Part shown: positions 1 to 9,927 of the stretch, in pieces
Layout: every line of letters starts with the position of its first letter
Numbering within the stretch: position 1 is the stretch's first letter
IMG/VR virus record: IMGVR_UViG_3300027985_000918
Span: 248,001 to 312,000 of that record
Direction: 5' to 3' (one strand)
DNA: 64,000 nucleotides
Made by a program: the position numbers and the translations under genes
The notes under the pieces: generated by a model
Databases searched by the model: none
The model's input: the letters and a program-made list of their open reading frames with translations, nothing else
What the model was told of the DNA's origin: nothing

Positions 1-1
1 T

Positions 2-1744
2 AACGGTTTCGACTCGTCCGGTGTACGGGTTGACCTGGGAGACCTCAACGGCTGTGCCATTTACCTCAACGGTAACATCGGCTTTCGTCGCAGGAGTCCC
101 ATCCCCGTGTCCCTTGACCAGGGGGCCTCTCTTAGTCTCCAGCCAGCTCTTCGTCAGGGCTTCCGAGCCGGTAAAAAGGCTGGACTCTTCGTGCAGGAAG
201 TTCCAAGCCCCGGAGAAGATCGTGGAGCTAGCCGTGAGATGCAGCCGGCTCAAATCCAGGATGATGGGATCCACCAGAGAAGTGGTATTGGATGCTACCA
301 GGGCGACCACTGAAGTAGTCGGGGTGGCCGGGGGCCTCAGATTCGCCAAGGGGGTGGCGTACACGGGCTGCTCGTCGAACAGCCAAACAGCCTGCCCCAG
401 CTTCTGGTTGTACACGATGGACAGGGTGTGGGACCCCGAAGTCCAGTCGTACCCATAGAGAACCTGGCTGAAACCTCCAGGCCCAGTGTGGATCAGAAGA
501 TACGGCGCTCCCATGACGCCGTCGTAACCACACCACAGGTCCGCTTCGGTTTGGTTCGTGTCCAGAAACCCGAGCCCGAACACATCCACCGCCAGAGCGG
601 CCGGGGTGAACGACACCCTCTCAAAGTTCAGGTCCACCCGGAGGCTAGAGCCTGTTGCAGGCCTTCCCGTCAGGTCCACAAACCCGAGCCCCGAATAGCC
701 TGGAGCTGGAGACAGAGTCAGGCGGTAATTGCCTCCCGACATCTCCCCTGAAGCCCCACTGCCGATCAGGATCGGCAGATAGTCCGGGCTGGAAATGGTC
801 GTAGGGTCCCCGTCCTCAGCATCCCAATCCACCGAGAACGCAGGGGACAAACGGCTCCGGTACAGGATGGATGTCTGCCCGAGCGTCCGGATCTCCACCT
901 TCTTGCTGTCCCCCTCGAAGGGGAACGTGACCTCTTGGGCTGTCAGTTCCACGGGATAAGGTGGAGTGACCCCTCGGGCATCCTCGAATCCCCACTCGTC
1001 AGTACTCAGGATCGTCTTGTGGGGATTGTCCGAAGGAGATGTGGGATACTCCGCCACCGGCAGCATCTCCTGATCGAACGTGACCAAGAGCTTGTTCCCC
1101 GCCGTGGGGACGATGGTATGGGCAGGGGCCTCCCCTCGGGTTAGGATGGAGATCTCACTGGCCTGAGCGGGGTTCCCACCCAGGTCTACCGGGCCATCTA
1201 CCCTCAGCGTGTAGGTTCCGCCGAGAGTGGTTCCCGTGTGCGTGAGAATGACTGAAGTCACCTCCGACACATAATCCCCAGCCGCCACATCGGTGGTCCC
1301 CACGTTACCCACCCGGACATTGGAGACAACAGAGGGCGCCCCCGTCACAGGGATGAGGATGTAGCTGGAAGGGTCCAAAAGGGCGGGGGCCCCGGGCTGC
1401 ATTCCCTCGGAGAAGAACACCTCAATCTCGAACCCGTTGAGGCTCAAAGCAGAACTGACCTGCGGAGCAACCACATCCGTGGAGCCGTAGCTCCCGAGGC
1501 CGTAAGGGTCACCACCATAGCCCCCGGTCACCGCTAGCGGGCTTGTCGGCCAGTTGGAAGCCCCCCCGTAGGCCCCCAAACCGTAGCCAGTCTCGCCCCA
1601 GATGTCGGAGTACAGGCCATAATCCACGCCGCCGTACCCGGCGCCAGGTGGATGCGGGACGCACGCCAGCGTCCCCCCTTCGATGGGGAAGGGGCCGAAC
1701 CCGAAGGGGCTCTGGGAGAAGCAGACGCTGGGATCGGTGCTCAA
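2..1744 (-). CDS. Large virion structural protein, N-terminal part (truncated by window edge; not in ORF track)
   Basis: TTG start at 1744 preceded by GGAGG. The frame reads (M)STDPSVCFSQSPFG...GGYGGDPYGLGSYGS...FDQEMLPVAEYPT...SQVNPYTGRVETV in the segments I translated and runs off the left edge. Co-oriented with the baseplate/fibre genes. Confidence 0.8.
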   Translation of the reverse strand, partial: MSTDPSVCFSQSPFGFGPFPIEGGTLACVPHPPGAGYGGVDYGLYSDIWGETGYGLGAYGGASNWPTSPLAVTGGYGGDPYGLGSYGSTDVVAPQVSSALSLNGFEIEVFFSEGMQPGAPALLDPSSYILIPVTGAPSVVSNVRVGNVGTTDVAAGDYVSEVTSVILTHTGTTLGGTYTLRVDGPVDLGGNPAQASEISILTRGEAPAHTIVPTAGNKLLVTFDQEMLPVAEYPTSPSDNPHKTILSTDEWGFEDARGVTPPYPVELTAQEVTFPFEGDSKKVEIRTLGQTSILYRSRLSPAFSVDWDAEDGDPTTISSPDYLPILIGSGASGEMSGGNYRLTLSPAPGYSGLGFVDLTGRPATGSSLRVDLNFERVSFTPAALAVDVFGLGFLDTNQTEADLWCGYDGVMGAPYLLIHTGPGGFSQVLYGYDWTSGSHTLSIVYNQKLGQAVWLFDEQPVYATPLANLRPPATPTTSVVALVASNTTSLVDPIILDLSRLHLTASSTIFSGAWNFLHEESSLFTGSEALTKSWLETKRGPLVKGHGDGTPATKADVTVEVNGTAVEVSQVNPYTGRVETV

Positions 1745-1798
1745 GGGGCTACCTCCATGCCTACCGTACCGGACTCATACGGGAGACCGGCGGCGGCA

Positions 1799-4700
1799 TT
1801 AGATGATGAACCAGTTGGTTCCGTCGGAGTACACCGTCAGTGCTGCGTAGTCCGTGACCATGGTGAAGGATGGGTTCCCGTCGATGGTCTCCAGCCCAGA
1901 AGGAAGGACGTTGATGTTGTCCGTAAAGGCGTTCCCTACCTCATCCTTGATAGTCACCCTCCGCCCTGGCATCGGGGTAGGCAGGGTGATGTTCAGGGCA
2001 ACACCCCCTGTAGCAGTATCCACCCCGACAATGGCCTCCGAAGTGACAATCAAGTCTGTCGTGGTGTGGGCGTACTCCTGAAGAATGGCCCCACTAACAT
2101 TCAGAATGCTGTTGGCAGGGCAGTCCAACTCCACAGCACGAACAAATGTTCCTGCGCCCCAGGTGGCGCCGCTACCAACCCTCAGCTCGCCGAGAGCCAC
2201 CAACAGATCCCCTGGGGCACCTGCCGGGACCATATCCCCCACAACACCCACATCCGCAGGGGGGCCAAGGGATGCGGTGGTCAGACGGAGGAACCCACCA
2301 AAGTCCGAAGCGATGACTTTCCCGTCGCAAGACGTGTTGATGGTGTTCACCACCGTGGCGAGATCATCACCATCCGAGAAAGTTGGGGCGAAAACAGTTC
2401 CGTCATCGGTTTGGAGGACTAGAGTACCGCCACCTCCTCCGAGAGAAAGCGGTCCCGGGAATGCCAGCGCCGCCGTCAGTGTGCAGGCTGTGGCGGTGTT
2501 GACCTCTGCCAAAACAACCGACCCGTGCCCTCCGCTGGATTCCGCCCCGGGAGCCAGAACGATGTCGCCGGGCACCTGGCCTGCCACCAATTGGTTCCCC
2601 GCCTGGATGTATACGTTGCCGGCCCCAACAACATCCACGTTCCCGCTATCCACACGGGACCCTGCCTGGATGTACACATTGCCAAGGCCCCCCTGGTTCG
2701 AGGCGTCCTTGTCTTTGGACCGCATCCGCAGATGGTATGTGTCGTCCTCCGTGGCAGCGCCGTCCTGCGCCCCGGCCACGATGAGACTGGAGGGGAAAGG
2801 GCGAAGTCCGACGTAGCCCGAAGGGTACACGGCTCGACCCATGCGGAGGATCGGCCCAAAACCGAACGTATTCGGGCTGATCGAGATCTCGGATCCCAGG
2901 CCGTCCACAGCCAGGGGTCCGAGATCTAGGCGCCCCTCAACCTGGAGGCCACCGTTCAGGTCAGGATCAATGCCTGCAACGAGGGGGCTAACAGCCCCCG
3001 TGATCTGGACGGCACCGTCATCCGCCAGGATGGCCCGCCCAAGCCCTGCCCCCAGAACAATCGGGTTTGGGCTCACCAAGCCATCGTAAGCCGTGCTCAG
3101 GCTGTAGAAGGGAGAGATGCCCAGAGGCATCACCAAGTTCAGCAGCGTGTCGATAGCCAACTGGACTGTGGAGTTGGGATCGAGCTGTGCGGGAGCAGGA
3201 ACCGCCGGAGACAGGTCGTTGCCATCGTACCCTTGCCAATCTCCGTAGTAGGCCGTCGAGTAGGCAGGCTGCCAAGCCACAACGTCTGGCGTCCCCGTGG
3301 TGAAGAGGAATGGGGTGGGCGGGGATGTCCATTTGGCCTGGATTAGCCCACTCGTCCTCACCTGCACCGTCCCAGCCGCCTGAGAGTCGTCCACCCGGAT
3401 CTGGCCATCCACCGTGCAGTGGTGGATCTCCGGGGTCACATCCCCGGCCTTCGATCCGGGGGCTCCGCCGAACCCCGAGAAGTCGAAGGTCACTCCACCC
3501 GACCCAGCCGGCGGGAAGAAAGTGGAGTCCTGGAAAATCATCTGGTCGCCGTAAGCCCGAACCGGGATGCCGTTCTCCGACGACATTTCCGACCGCAAAA
3601 CTGTGACGCCCCCCGTCGCCATCTCGAACAAGCGGGGGTTTACCAGAAGGCAAGTCCTCCGGGCTGAGACGTGGCACTCGTTCAGGACGAAAGCCGTCTG
3701 GGGGGTATCCACCCGAATGGCGGTGTCGTCGTCAGAATTGTCGGCATAATGGATGAACGTACTGTGGTCTGCCGAGAAATACACTGGATTGACCGCATGG
3801 GCGACATCCACGCAAGGGCCGACAGTCCCACCAGTCCCTTCCTGGACGACCGCACACCCGAACATGGTGATGAGCCCGCCGTTGATGTCAAGGACCGGCG
3901 TAGTGGTGGCGTTGTCCGTGTTCTCCAGGCGGAGGTTCGCCAATTGGCAGCCCGCCATCCCCGTTCCATTGTAGGCGTGGGTCCCTCCAGCGGCATTGGC
4001 TGTGCGAAGAACCACATCATGGGCGCCGCCGTAAAACGAATCCCACTGAAGGGAGCTGTCCCCATAGACATGGATATACGGGTAGAACGTGACGTCCTCC
4101 ACGTACAGTCCGGGGCGGACCCGAATGATCCAAGGCTCGTCCTCGCTCGGAGCGGATTCCCCCCGAGCAGCATAGTTGAGGACATAGGAGATGGCGTCAC
4201 CGATGGTCGAAAAATCGCCATGCTTCTCAGCGGTCAGCTCAATTTCGGAATCCGGCAAGGTGAACGTGTTGGTCGGATCATCCGAGTTTGCGGCGTAGTC
4301 TCGTCCCCGGTTGGCATCCACGTACAAGATCCGTCCCGAAGTGGAAGCCCTCCGCAGAAGAGACACCATCCTGTTGACGTTCTCGTTCTGGTCCAGGGAC
4401 CAGCCCTTGGCGGAGGCATCGACTGGAACCGTCCCCGTCTCGTCCCGGCGCTCCCCAGCAGCCACCAGCTTCATTCCACCGAACCGAGTCAGGTACCGGA
4501 GGCGAACAAACTGGGTGCTCTCTGTCGGAAGACCCTGGTCCACTACGAGACGGAGTAGGTACGACCCCTCGTTATCCACCACGAATCTAGCGACCGGGCC
4601 GGTGCTGCCTTCGGGAGCCAACAAGGTGGCCACCGAGGGAGCCCCTGTCTCGTCAGCAGGGGAATCCGCAATGGTCCAGGCATAGGTTGTGGCGGTGTCC

Positions 4701-4822
4701 AAGGACTCCAGAACGACCTCATTGCCTCTTCGCAGGTCATCCCGGCTTGCTTCGGACAGAGGTGCCCCCACCTGCGGGCCACCGGGGATCTCGTTTACGG
4801 TGCTTCTGATTCGAGCGGACAT
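1799..4822 (-). CDS. Tail fibre/tailspike-like protein with putative right-handed beta-helix (pectin-lyase-like) domain
   Basis: 1007 aa. ILYVDANRG...DFSTIGDAI...IIRVRPGLYVEDV resembles the cap of beta-helix domains. C-terminal VDTATG..ITLP....GRRVTIKD..GNA...NI...IDG...YSDGTNWFII is a common phage fibre module. Lies downstream of wedge genes. Confidence 0.7.
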   Translation of the reverse strand: MSARIRSTVNEIPGGPQVGAPLSEASRDDLRRGNEVVLESLDTATTYAWTIADSPADETGAPSVATLLAPEGSTGPVARFVVDNEGSYLLRLVVDQGLPTESTQFVRLRYLTRFGGMKLVAAGERRDETGTVPVDASAKGWSLDQNENVNRMVSLLRRASTSGRILYVDANRGRDYAANSDDPTNTFTLPDSEIELTAEKHGDFSTIGDAISYVLNYAARGESAPSEDEPWIIRVRPGLYVEDVTFYPYIHVYGDSSLQWDSFYGGAHDVVLRTANAAGGTHAYNGTGMAGCQLANLRLENTDNATTTPVLDINGGLITMFGCAVVQEGTGGTVGPCVDVAHAVNPVYFSADHSTFIHYADNSDDDTAIRVDTPQTAFVLNECHVSARRTCLLVNPRLFEMATGGVTVLRSEMSSENGIPVRAYGDQMIFQDSTFFPPAGSGGVTFDFSGFGGAPGSKAGDVTPEIHHCTVDGQIRVDDSQAAGTVQVRTSGLIQAKWTSPPTPFLFTTGTPDVVAWQPAYSTAYYGDWQGYDGNDLSPAVPAPAQLDPNSTVQLAIDTLLNLVMPLGISPFYSLSTAYDGLVSPNPIVLGAGLGRAILADDGAVQITGAVSPLVAGIDPDLNGGLQVEGRLDLGPLAVDGLGSEISISPNTFGFGPILRMGRAVYPSGYVGLRPFPSSLIVAGAQDGAATEDDTYHLRMRSKDKDASNQGGLGNVYIQAGSRVDSGNVDVVGAGNVYIQAGNQLVAGQVPGDIVLAPGAESSGGHGSVVLAEVNTATACTLTAALAFPGPLSLGGGGGTLVLQTDDGTVFAPTFSDGDDLATVVNTINTSCDGKVIASDFGGFLRLTTASLGPPADVGVVGDMVPAGAPGDLLVALGELRVGSGATWGAGTFVRAVELDCPANSILNVSGAILQEYAHTTTDLIVTSEAIVGVDTATGGVALNITLPTPMPGRRVTIKDEVGNAFTDNINVLPSGLETIDGNPSFTMVTDYAALTVYSDGTNWFII

Positions 4823-4865
4823 GGTCTCTCCGTCGGGGTTAGTCGACCCTCATTCCTCTGAGCCC

Positions 4866-4880
4866 TATAGGCCATCTACA
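4866..4880 (-). promoter_or_regulatory. Candidate late promoter motif (TGT-N6-CCTATA)
   Basis: Minus-strand TGTAGATGGCCTATA, about 45 nt upstream of the ATG at 4822; one of six similar motifs. Confidence 0.55.
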
Positions 4881-6306
4881 AGAAGAAGAGGTTGGAGGCG
4901 TCTTCCCCTTCGATCTCCCTGGGTTCCTGCACACCGAGGCGATCCACCTCGACGTAATAGCTCTGCCCCGAAACCGACTGCGGCATCCGGGTGTCCAAGC
5001 GCAAGATGCTGGGGGCCGCCCTAACCTTGGTTGCTGGTCCCGGAGCAAACCCTACCCGGCCACCATAGGAACCCAGCACCGTCTTGAGCGGGTAAGAACC
5101 CGCATTGGGACCCGAGGAGAAAGTCAACACCTCCCCCTCTACTGCTAGTGCCCAGTTCTGGTCAGTGTCGGTGATGTCCGAACCGGATACAGTCGCTGTC
5201 CCACTCAATCCCGTGGGGCTGGTGGTGTAAGCCCTTGCCGTGCTGTCGTCTCCGCTGGGGAACACCGCCAGAGCCTCCACCCGATAACGGCCCCGCTCTC
5301 TCCGATCCGTGGAGGCCGAGGTACCCTCCTGTCCCCCAGCATGGATGCCGTTGGGCCCAGATGTGACCACCAAAGGGGCTCCGACAGAGATGCTGGAGAA
5401 ATCTCGGGTCACGTCCTGGAATAGGTTGCGGGTGGTCAGAGTCCGCCCCGCTGTCCCCGTGATCTGCTTGGCCCCAGCGCAGTATCGGCGAAAATCCTCG
5501 TAGTAATAGGTGTCCATGTGCCAGCTCATGGAAGCGTCAAAGAGCTGGCTGAACGTCTCCGAAAACAGATGCCGGTATTCGTACAGAGTGTGGGCGGGCT
5601 TAAGCGCCCGAAGGACAATGCGGACGTTCTCCGCCAGAGTGAAGGGGTCCTCGGGAAACCGCTCCAGCCCCGTAACAGCATCGAGGTAGCTCACGCTAAC
5701 CTCGAACGTGAATTGATCGTCCAATCCCCAAGCGCTGCCAGACCCCAGTCTGCGGGCTTCCACGGCCTTCTCGATGACAGTGAACGTGATGTCCTGGACA
5801 AGGTCCGGGTTTGTGTAGCGGGCAAGGCCCTGGGTGGCCTTGCCCGTCTCATTCAGGGCCTCTCCGATGGTGCCTTTGGTCGCCCCCTGGAGCAAAAATC
5901 GGACCATGCTCTGGAGGAACTGGCGGTAGGTCAGGTCGCCCTGGAAATCTGGGTATCCGTCCGACTTGGCGTCCGGGAACACAAGCTGGCCGAGGACCTG
6001 GAACAGGAACTCGGACCGGGTGAAGTCGTACATGCCGTCCGCCCACACTTCCTGGGCGGTGACCTGGAACTCCGCAATCTGCTCTGCCGCAGCTTGGAAC
6101 TGGAGGGTGTAGAAAGGCCCGCTAACCTGCGAGATGTAGTTGCTCGGCAGGAGCTGGAGGAACACCTTCATAATGGCGTCCGCCTGGTCCCGGACCTTCT
6201 GTTTGTGCTCCTGGGACCCCTGGAGCTTCTGCTCGGGGTATACCGGCTCCGGATTCTGGGACACAAACCCAGGCAGGAGGTTTTTGCTGGCAGGCTTGTC
6301 AGCCAC
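4876..6306 (-). CDS. Baseplate wedge protein (P2 gpI/Mu gp48-like)
   Basis: 476 aa; LLPSNY near the N-terminus and the RALKPAHT motif typical of gpI/gp48-class wedge proteins; follows the J-like gene. Confidence 0.7.
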   Translation of the reverse strand: MADKPASKNLLPGFVSQNPEPVYPEQKLQGSQEHKQKVRDQADAIMKVFLQLLPSNYISQVSGPFYTLQFQAAAEQIAEFQVTAQEVWADGMYDFTRSEFLFQVLGQLVFPDAKSDGYPDFQGDLTYRQFLQSMVRFLLQGATKGTIGEALNETGKATQGLARYTNPDLVQDITFTVIEKAVEARRLGSGSAWGLDDQFTFEVSVSYLDAVTGLERFPEDPFTLAENVRIVLRALKPAHTLYEYRHLFSETFSQLFDASMSWHMDTYYYEDFRRYCAGAKQITGTAGRTLTTRNLFQDVTRDFSSISVGAPLVVTSGPNGIHAGGQEGTSASTDRRERGRYRVEALAVFPSGDDSTARAYTTSPTGLSGTATVSGSDITDTDQNWALAVEGEVLTFSSGPNAGSYPLKTVLGSYGGRVGFAPGPATKVRAAPSILRLDTRMPQSVSGQSYYVEVDRLGVQEPREIEGEDASNLFFL

Positions 6307-6318
6307 GGGTCACCCCCT

Positions 6319-6402
6319 TCACATCATCTCCAGGGCCAAGTTCTCAGAATCCTTGCGGGCCAGATACCCCCGTGCTACCCGGATGGCTGCATCCTTACCC
6401 AT
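6319..6402 (-). CDS. Putative 27-aa peptide MGKDAAIRVARGYLARKDSENLALEMM
   Basis: ATG overlaps the J-like stop (TGATG) and the ORF fills the gap before the next gene. Confidence 0.4.
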   Translation of the reverse strand: MGKDAAIRVARGYLARKDSENLALEMM

Positions 6403-9400
6403 CACCCGTTGCTCCCGTACACTCGTTCCAGGTAATCGGAATCCTCGTCGAAGGTAAGGTCAATCTCCCCAAGCTCCAGGTATTCCGTAGGCCCTGGCTC
6501 GATGTTCTTGACCCCGGTGTCTCCCTGCACCTGGTATGTCACTGTATAACTGTGTCCGACGGGGGTATCCGCCTTCGGCATCGAAACCAGGATGCGATCC
6601 TGGGTGATCTCTTTCCTCTTCTGGATGATCTCCGCTGCCGGGGCGAACGGGTACGCCGCCCGAAGAGTGGCGTCATCCGAATACCCTGGAATCTCCAAGC
6701 CCTGATTGCCGATGATGAACGTGGCCCTGGCACTATTGATGATGGGTACCCCGTTGATGTTTGGGGCCAATACCAGATTGTCCAACAGCTCTTCGTCCTC
6801 GAACACCCCCCGGAACTTCGTGCTCTCCCCACCCGTGTCCGAAGTGGACGATTCCAATCGGTTCTTCAACAGCCAAACATTCGTGGTGCCAGAAAGGGCA
6901 TTCCACTGACTCACCGAGTACACATCCGCCGCCTGGCTGGTCGTGAGGGCTTCTCGGACAACCTGAGCACCATCCCCCTTTGACATCTTGGTCAGCGGTA
7001 CGACCGGGTAAGCCACCCCCGAGACAGAGTCGATGATCCCGAGCACATCGGCCTGTCGGATCGGCTCTCCCAGAGTCAATGCCCCAAAGTACCTTGCCAA
7101 GGCCGTGCGGATGTTGCCATCCACCGTGTCCACAGACAAATTCCGCCGGCTGGAGTTCACCAGGACCACCGTCGCCGTGATGTCCACCGGGACGTTGACG
7201 GCCTCCTTCGTGAGAACGTCCGCCGTGATGTGCCGGTCCGGATCGATCTCGTTCTCAGTTAGACTCACCAGAGCGTTGGACGTGTACTTGACGGTGAAGT
7301 TCTCATCGTACTTGTAGCTGATCAGTAGGGTCTGACCCTCGGAGATGGAAGATCCCGAAGTCACCCGAATACCCATAGGAGTCGTCGGGTCCCCTGCGAT
7401 GATGGTGTAGTCGGGACTGGCCGAAGCAAAAGGCCCGGTGTAAGTTGTCGTCCCCGTCCCATCTTTGACCACCACCGAGTACGGGTTGGCCCCAAGCCGA
7501 TTGACGTACTCGATCCCGTCCAGGATGACATGTTGCTCGTTAGTCACCTCGATAGGTGTCCCGCTGGGGATAGATTCCCCCGTGTCCGTAAGCGGCTCGG
7601 TTACCTTGACGTAGTCCCCTGCTTCGGTGGACCTTCCCAACAAAAGAGGATCGCTGGCCTGGAAGAGGTCGTAGATGGACTCATCCAGCTCTCCGGAAAC
7701 CTCACCTGTCAAACTCACCACCTCACGCACAGGCTGGCGAGTGAAAACGTGCTTGTTGCTCGTCCGGTAACGGTAAGAACCCTGGACGGCATCGGTCAAA
7801 GACAGAGAGGTCGGGTCGTTTAGACTGGTATCGAGTTGGATGATGTTGTACGCCACCACCTCGACATTGGTCAGATCGAACGAGGATCCCTGCGTCTCGT
7901 TGACCAGCTCGATGCCGTAGTCGGGATAATCCAACATCTCAATGATTGGATTGTCCTCGGAAAGATTGGAGTCCACCGCCCGCAGCCGCAGATCTTTCGG
8001 GTCCCCCACAGGCTCGAACTGGATTCCATGCTTGGTCTCGAAGGAGAAGGCGAAGCTGTCCGTCACAGTGGACATGTTCTCGCCCCTCAGCCAGATGTCT
8101 ACCTTCCCCCCGACGTGGACCCCGTTCTCGTTACGGTCCCTCATCATGAGGGGGTGACCGGCGTCCACCACGTTGACCTGCTCAACCCCCGGAACGTCCA
8201 CGGCCTTCTGGACGTAGCCCTGGAGAGTCCCGGAATCCACTGAGGACAGAGCATTCATAGCCCGGGAAGCCAGGTCACGGTTCGATTCTTCCTCCAGGCC
8301 ACCGAAGACGGCGGAGTCGTTGTACACCTGCACTCCGATGGGGGCACCCTCGACCGTCCCCTTCTGCCCAGGTGCCAGGTTCCCCGACACCCCCACGCTC
8401 TCGGCCTGCACGAACGCCGTAGCGCTGTACCTACCCGTGATGGGGTTGAAAAAGCTGCCTGCCCCCGAACTGGTGATGGCAATGGAACTGGTCAGGCGGT
8501 ACGCCTGGCCACCGATGACCACCCGAGTCCCGATACCGAACGTGATGCTCGTGGTAGGCCGGTTGTTTGTGTAGATAGTCACCGAGCCCCGGGCTCGGCG
8601 GCCGGGACGACGGGTCTTCCCGAAATTCGAGGCTAGCTTATCGAACGTATTGTCGATGAGCTGCTGGACGGAGGCGTTGGTATCCAGGAAAAATGCCTGC
8701 TTAAGGGCAATCTTGTAGTCCGACTGCTCGACCGGAACCGAAACCCCCGACAAAGTCGGATCGTCGATGGGGAGCAGGGTGGCGAAGCTCCCCGCCCGAT
8801 GCAAGAAGTCGATGATGAACCGCTGCCTCTCTGCTTCCGTGGAGAAGGGATCGATGAAGGTGTCCCGGAGGACCGATCCAGGCTTGACATCGAGCTGAGG
8901 CTGAGACCTGAAGATGCTCAGGATCGTGTCCCTCACGATGTTCTGCCGGCTAACCGCCGGGAGTGCTCCCACGTTGGGAGCAAGATCGAGAGGGTATCCA
9001 GCCACCTCGGGGCTGAGGGCCGACTCATACTCCACACCGTCAAGAAAGTAAACCGCCGTGACCACGTAGTACAGAGGGTCGGTCTTCGGAATGGCGTTGA
9101 ATCCGGCATGGGGAATTGCCGGGTAGGTTGCTGAGTTAAAGTTCGACAGGCGGTTGTGGATAAAACTGAACCGGGTCACTGTCCGAACCGACTCCACCGT
9201 GATGGTGGACCGAATCCTCGTGGCGTTCTCCGGGACCTCCAAGGCCTGGTCAAAATCCGTCTGAAGGACATTGTCGTCCCGGTCTTCCTGGGTGGCCTTG
9301 AACACCACGTACAGGGGATCAGCAGCAGTCTCTCCTTCCACCCCTGTGGCGACGTTGGCGTCTACCGTCAACTCTCCCAGTTCTGTCAGGTCCTCTACGG

Positions 9401-9917
9401 ACTCCCCCGAGATGACCAAAGCCGGGTTGATCCGAGAGTATCCCTCAGATCCCCCGCCAGGCTGGGTGGAGGCGTAGAAGTGGTACCCGATGACATCGGA
9501 ACTATCGAGCCCATCCACTGTAACCCTGACCACGTTGTTGAACCGCTCGACGTAGATGCCTGTAGGCTCATCAAGGGTGGAGCCGATGTCACTCTCCTGC
9601 ACCAGACGGGCCGTAACGGTGCTTGGCTTGGAGACGGTGCCGTTAGCGAACACCGCCTTGACACGGATGTCGTTGTCCCCTGCCAGAAGTTGGACCCCAT
9701 CCGGGAATGCCGACGGGTTCGGCACCACGAACGTGCTCCCCTCGAAGGCGATGAGGTCGGGGTCACTCGTGTATGCAGCCCCCCGGATGGAGACCTGCAT
9801 GTCCACGGTGTTGGGATCCATCTCTCCTGCGAAGTGGCGGGAGTCGAGGGTCGTCGAGAAGACGTAATCCTCTCGAAGAACTCCGTCAGGACCCTCAAAC
9901 TTGGGGTTGATTGGCAT
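6402..9917 (-). CDS. Baseplate J-like (T4 gp6/P2 gpJ class) wedge protein
   Basis: 1171 aa; DVKPGSVLRD..IDP, LASNFGKTR..G.RARG.V, G..GNLAPG, GGLEEESN..LA.R, VPGV..V.VV, GKVDIWL and late IRQADV..IIDSVSGV motifs of gpJ-family proteins. Confidence 0.85.
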   Translation of the reverse strand: MPINPKFEGPDGVLREDYVFSTTLDSRHFAGEMDPNTVDMQVSIRGAAYTSDPDLIAFEGSTFVVPNPSAFPDGVQLLAGDNDIRVKAVFANGTVSKPSTVTARLVQESDIGSTLDEPTGIYVERFNNVVRVTVDGLDSSDVIGYHFYASTQPGGGSEGYSRINPALVISGESVEDLTELGELTVDANVATGVEGETAADPLYVVFKATQEDRDDNVLQTDFDQALEVPENATRIRSTITVESVRTVTRFSFIHNRLSNFNSATYPAIPHAGFNAIPKTDPLYYVVTAVYFLDGVEYESALSPEVAGYPLDLAPNVGALPAVSRQNIVRDTILSIFRSQPQLDVKPGSVLRDTFIDPFSTEAERQRFIIDFLHRAGSFATLLPIDDPTLSGVSVPVEQSDYKIALKQAFFLDTNASVQQLIDNTFDKLASNFGKTRRPGRRARGSVTIYTNNRPTTSITFGIGTRVVIGGQAYRLTSSIAITSSGAGSFFNPITGRYSATAFVQAESVGVSGNLAPGQKGTVEGAPIGVQVYNDSAVFGGLEEESNRDLASRAMNALSSVDSGTLQGYVQKAVDVPGVEQVNVVDAGHPLMMRDRNENGVHVGGKVDIWLRGENMSTVTDSFAFSFETKHGIQFEPVGDPKDLRLRAVDSNLSEDNPIIEMLDYPDYGIELVNETQGSSFDLTNVEVVAYNIIQLDTSLNDPTSLSLTDAVQGSYRYRTSNKHVFTRQPVREVVSLTGEVSGELDESIYDLFQASDPLLLGRSTEAGDYVKVTEPLTDTGESIPSGTPIEVTNEQHVILDGIEYVNRLGANPYSVVVKDGTGTTTYTGPFASASPDYTIIAGDPTTPMGIRVTSGSSISEGQTLLISYKYDENFTVKYTSNALVSLTENEIDPDRHITADVLTKEAVNVPVDITATVVLVNSSRRNLSVDTVDGNIRTALARYFGALTLGEPIRQADVLGIIDSVSGVAYPVVPLTKMSKGDGAQVVREALTTSQAADVYSVSQWNALSGTTNVWLLKNRLESSTSDTGGESTKFRGVFEDEELLDNLVLAPNINGVPIINSARATFIIGNQGLEIPGYSDDATLRAAYPFAPAAEIIQKRKEITQDRILVSMPKADTPVGHSYTVTYQVQGDTGVKNIEPGPTEYLELGEIDLTFDEDSDYLERVYGSNG

Positions 9918-9927
9918 CCGTCCTCCG

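Noticed and set aside
1761-1799. 12-aa ORF MPPPVSRMSPVR coupled to the fibre stop (TAATG)
   Set aside because: Too short and featureless; the next gene has its own GGAGG RBS and TTG start.
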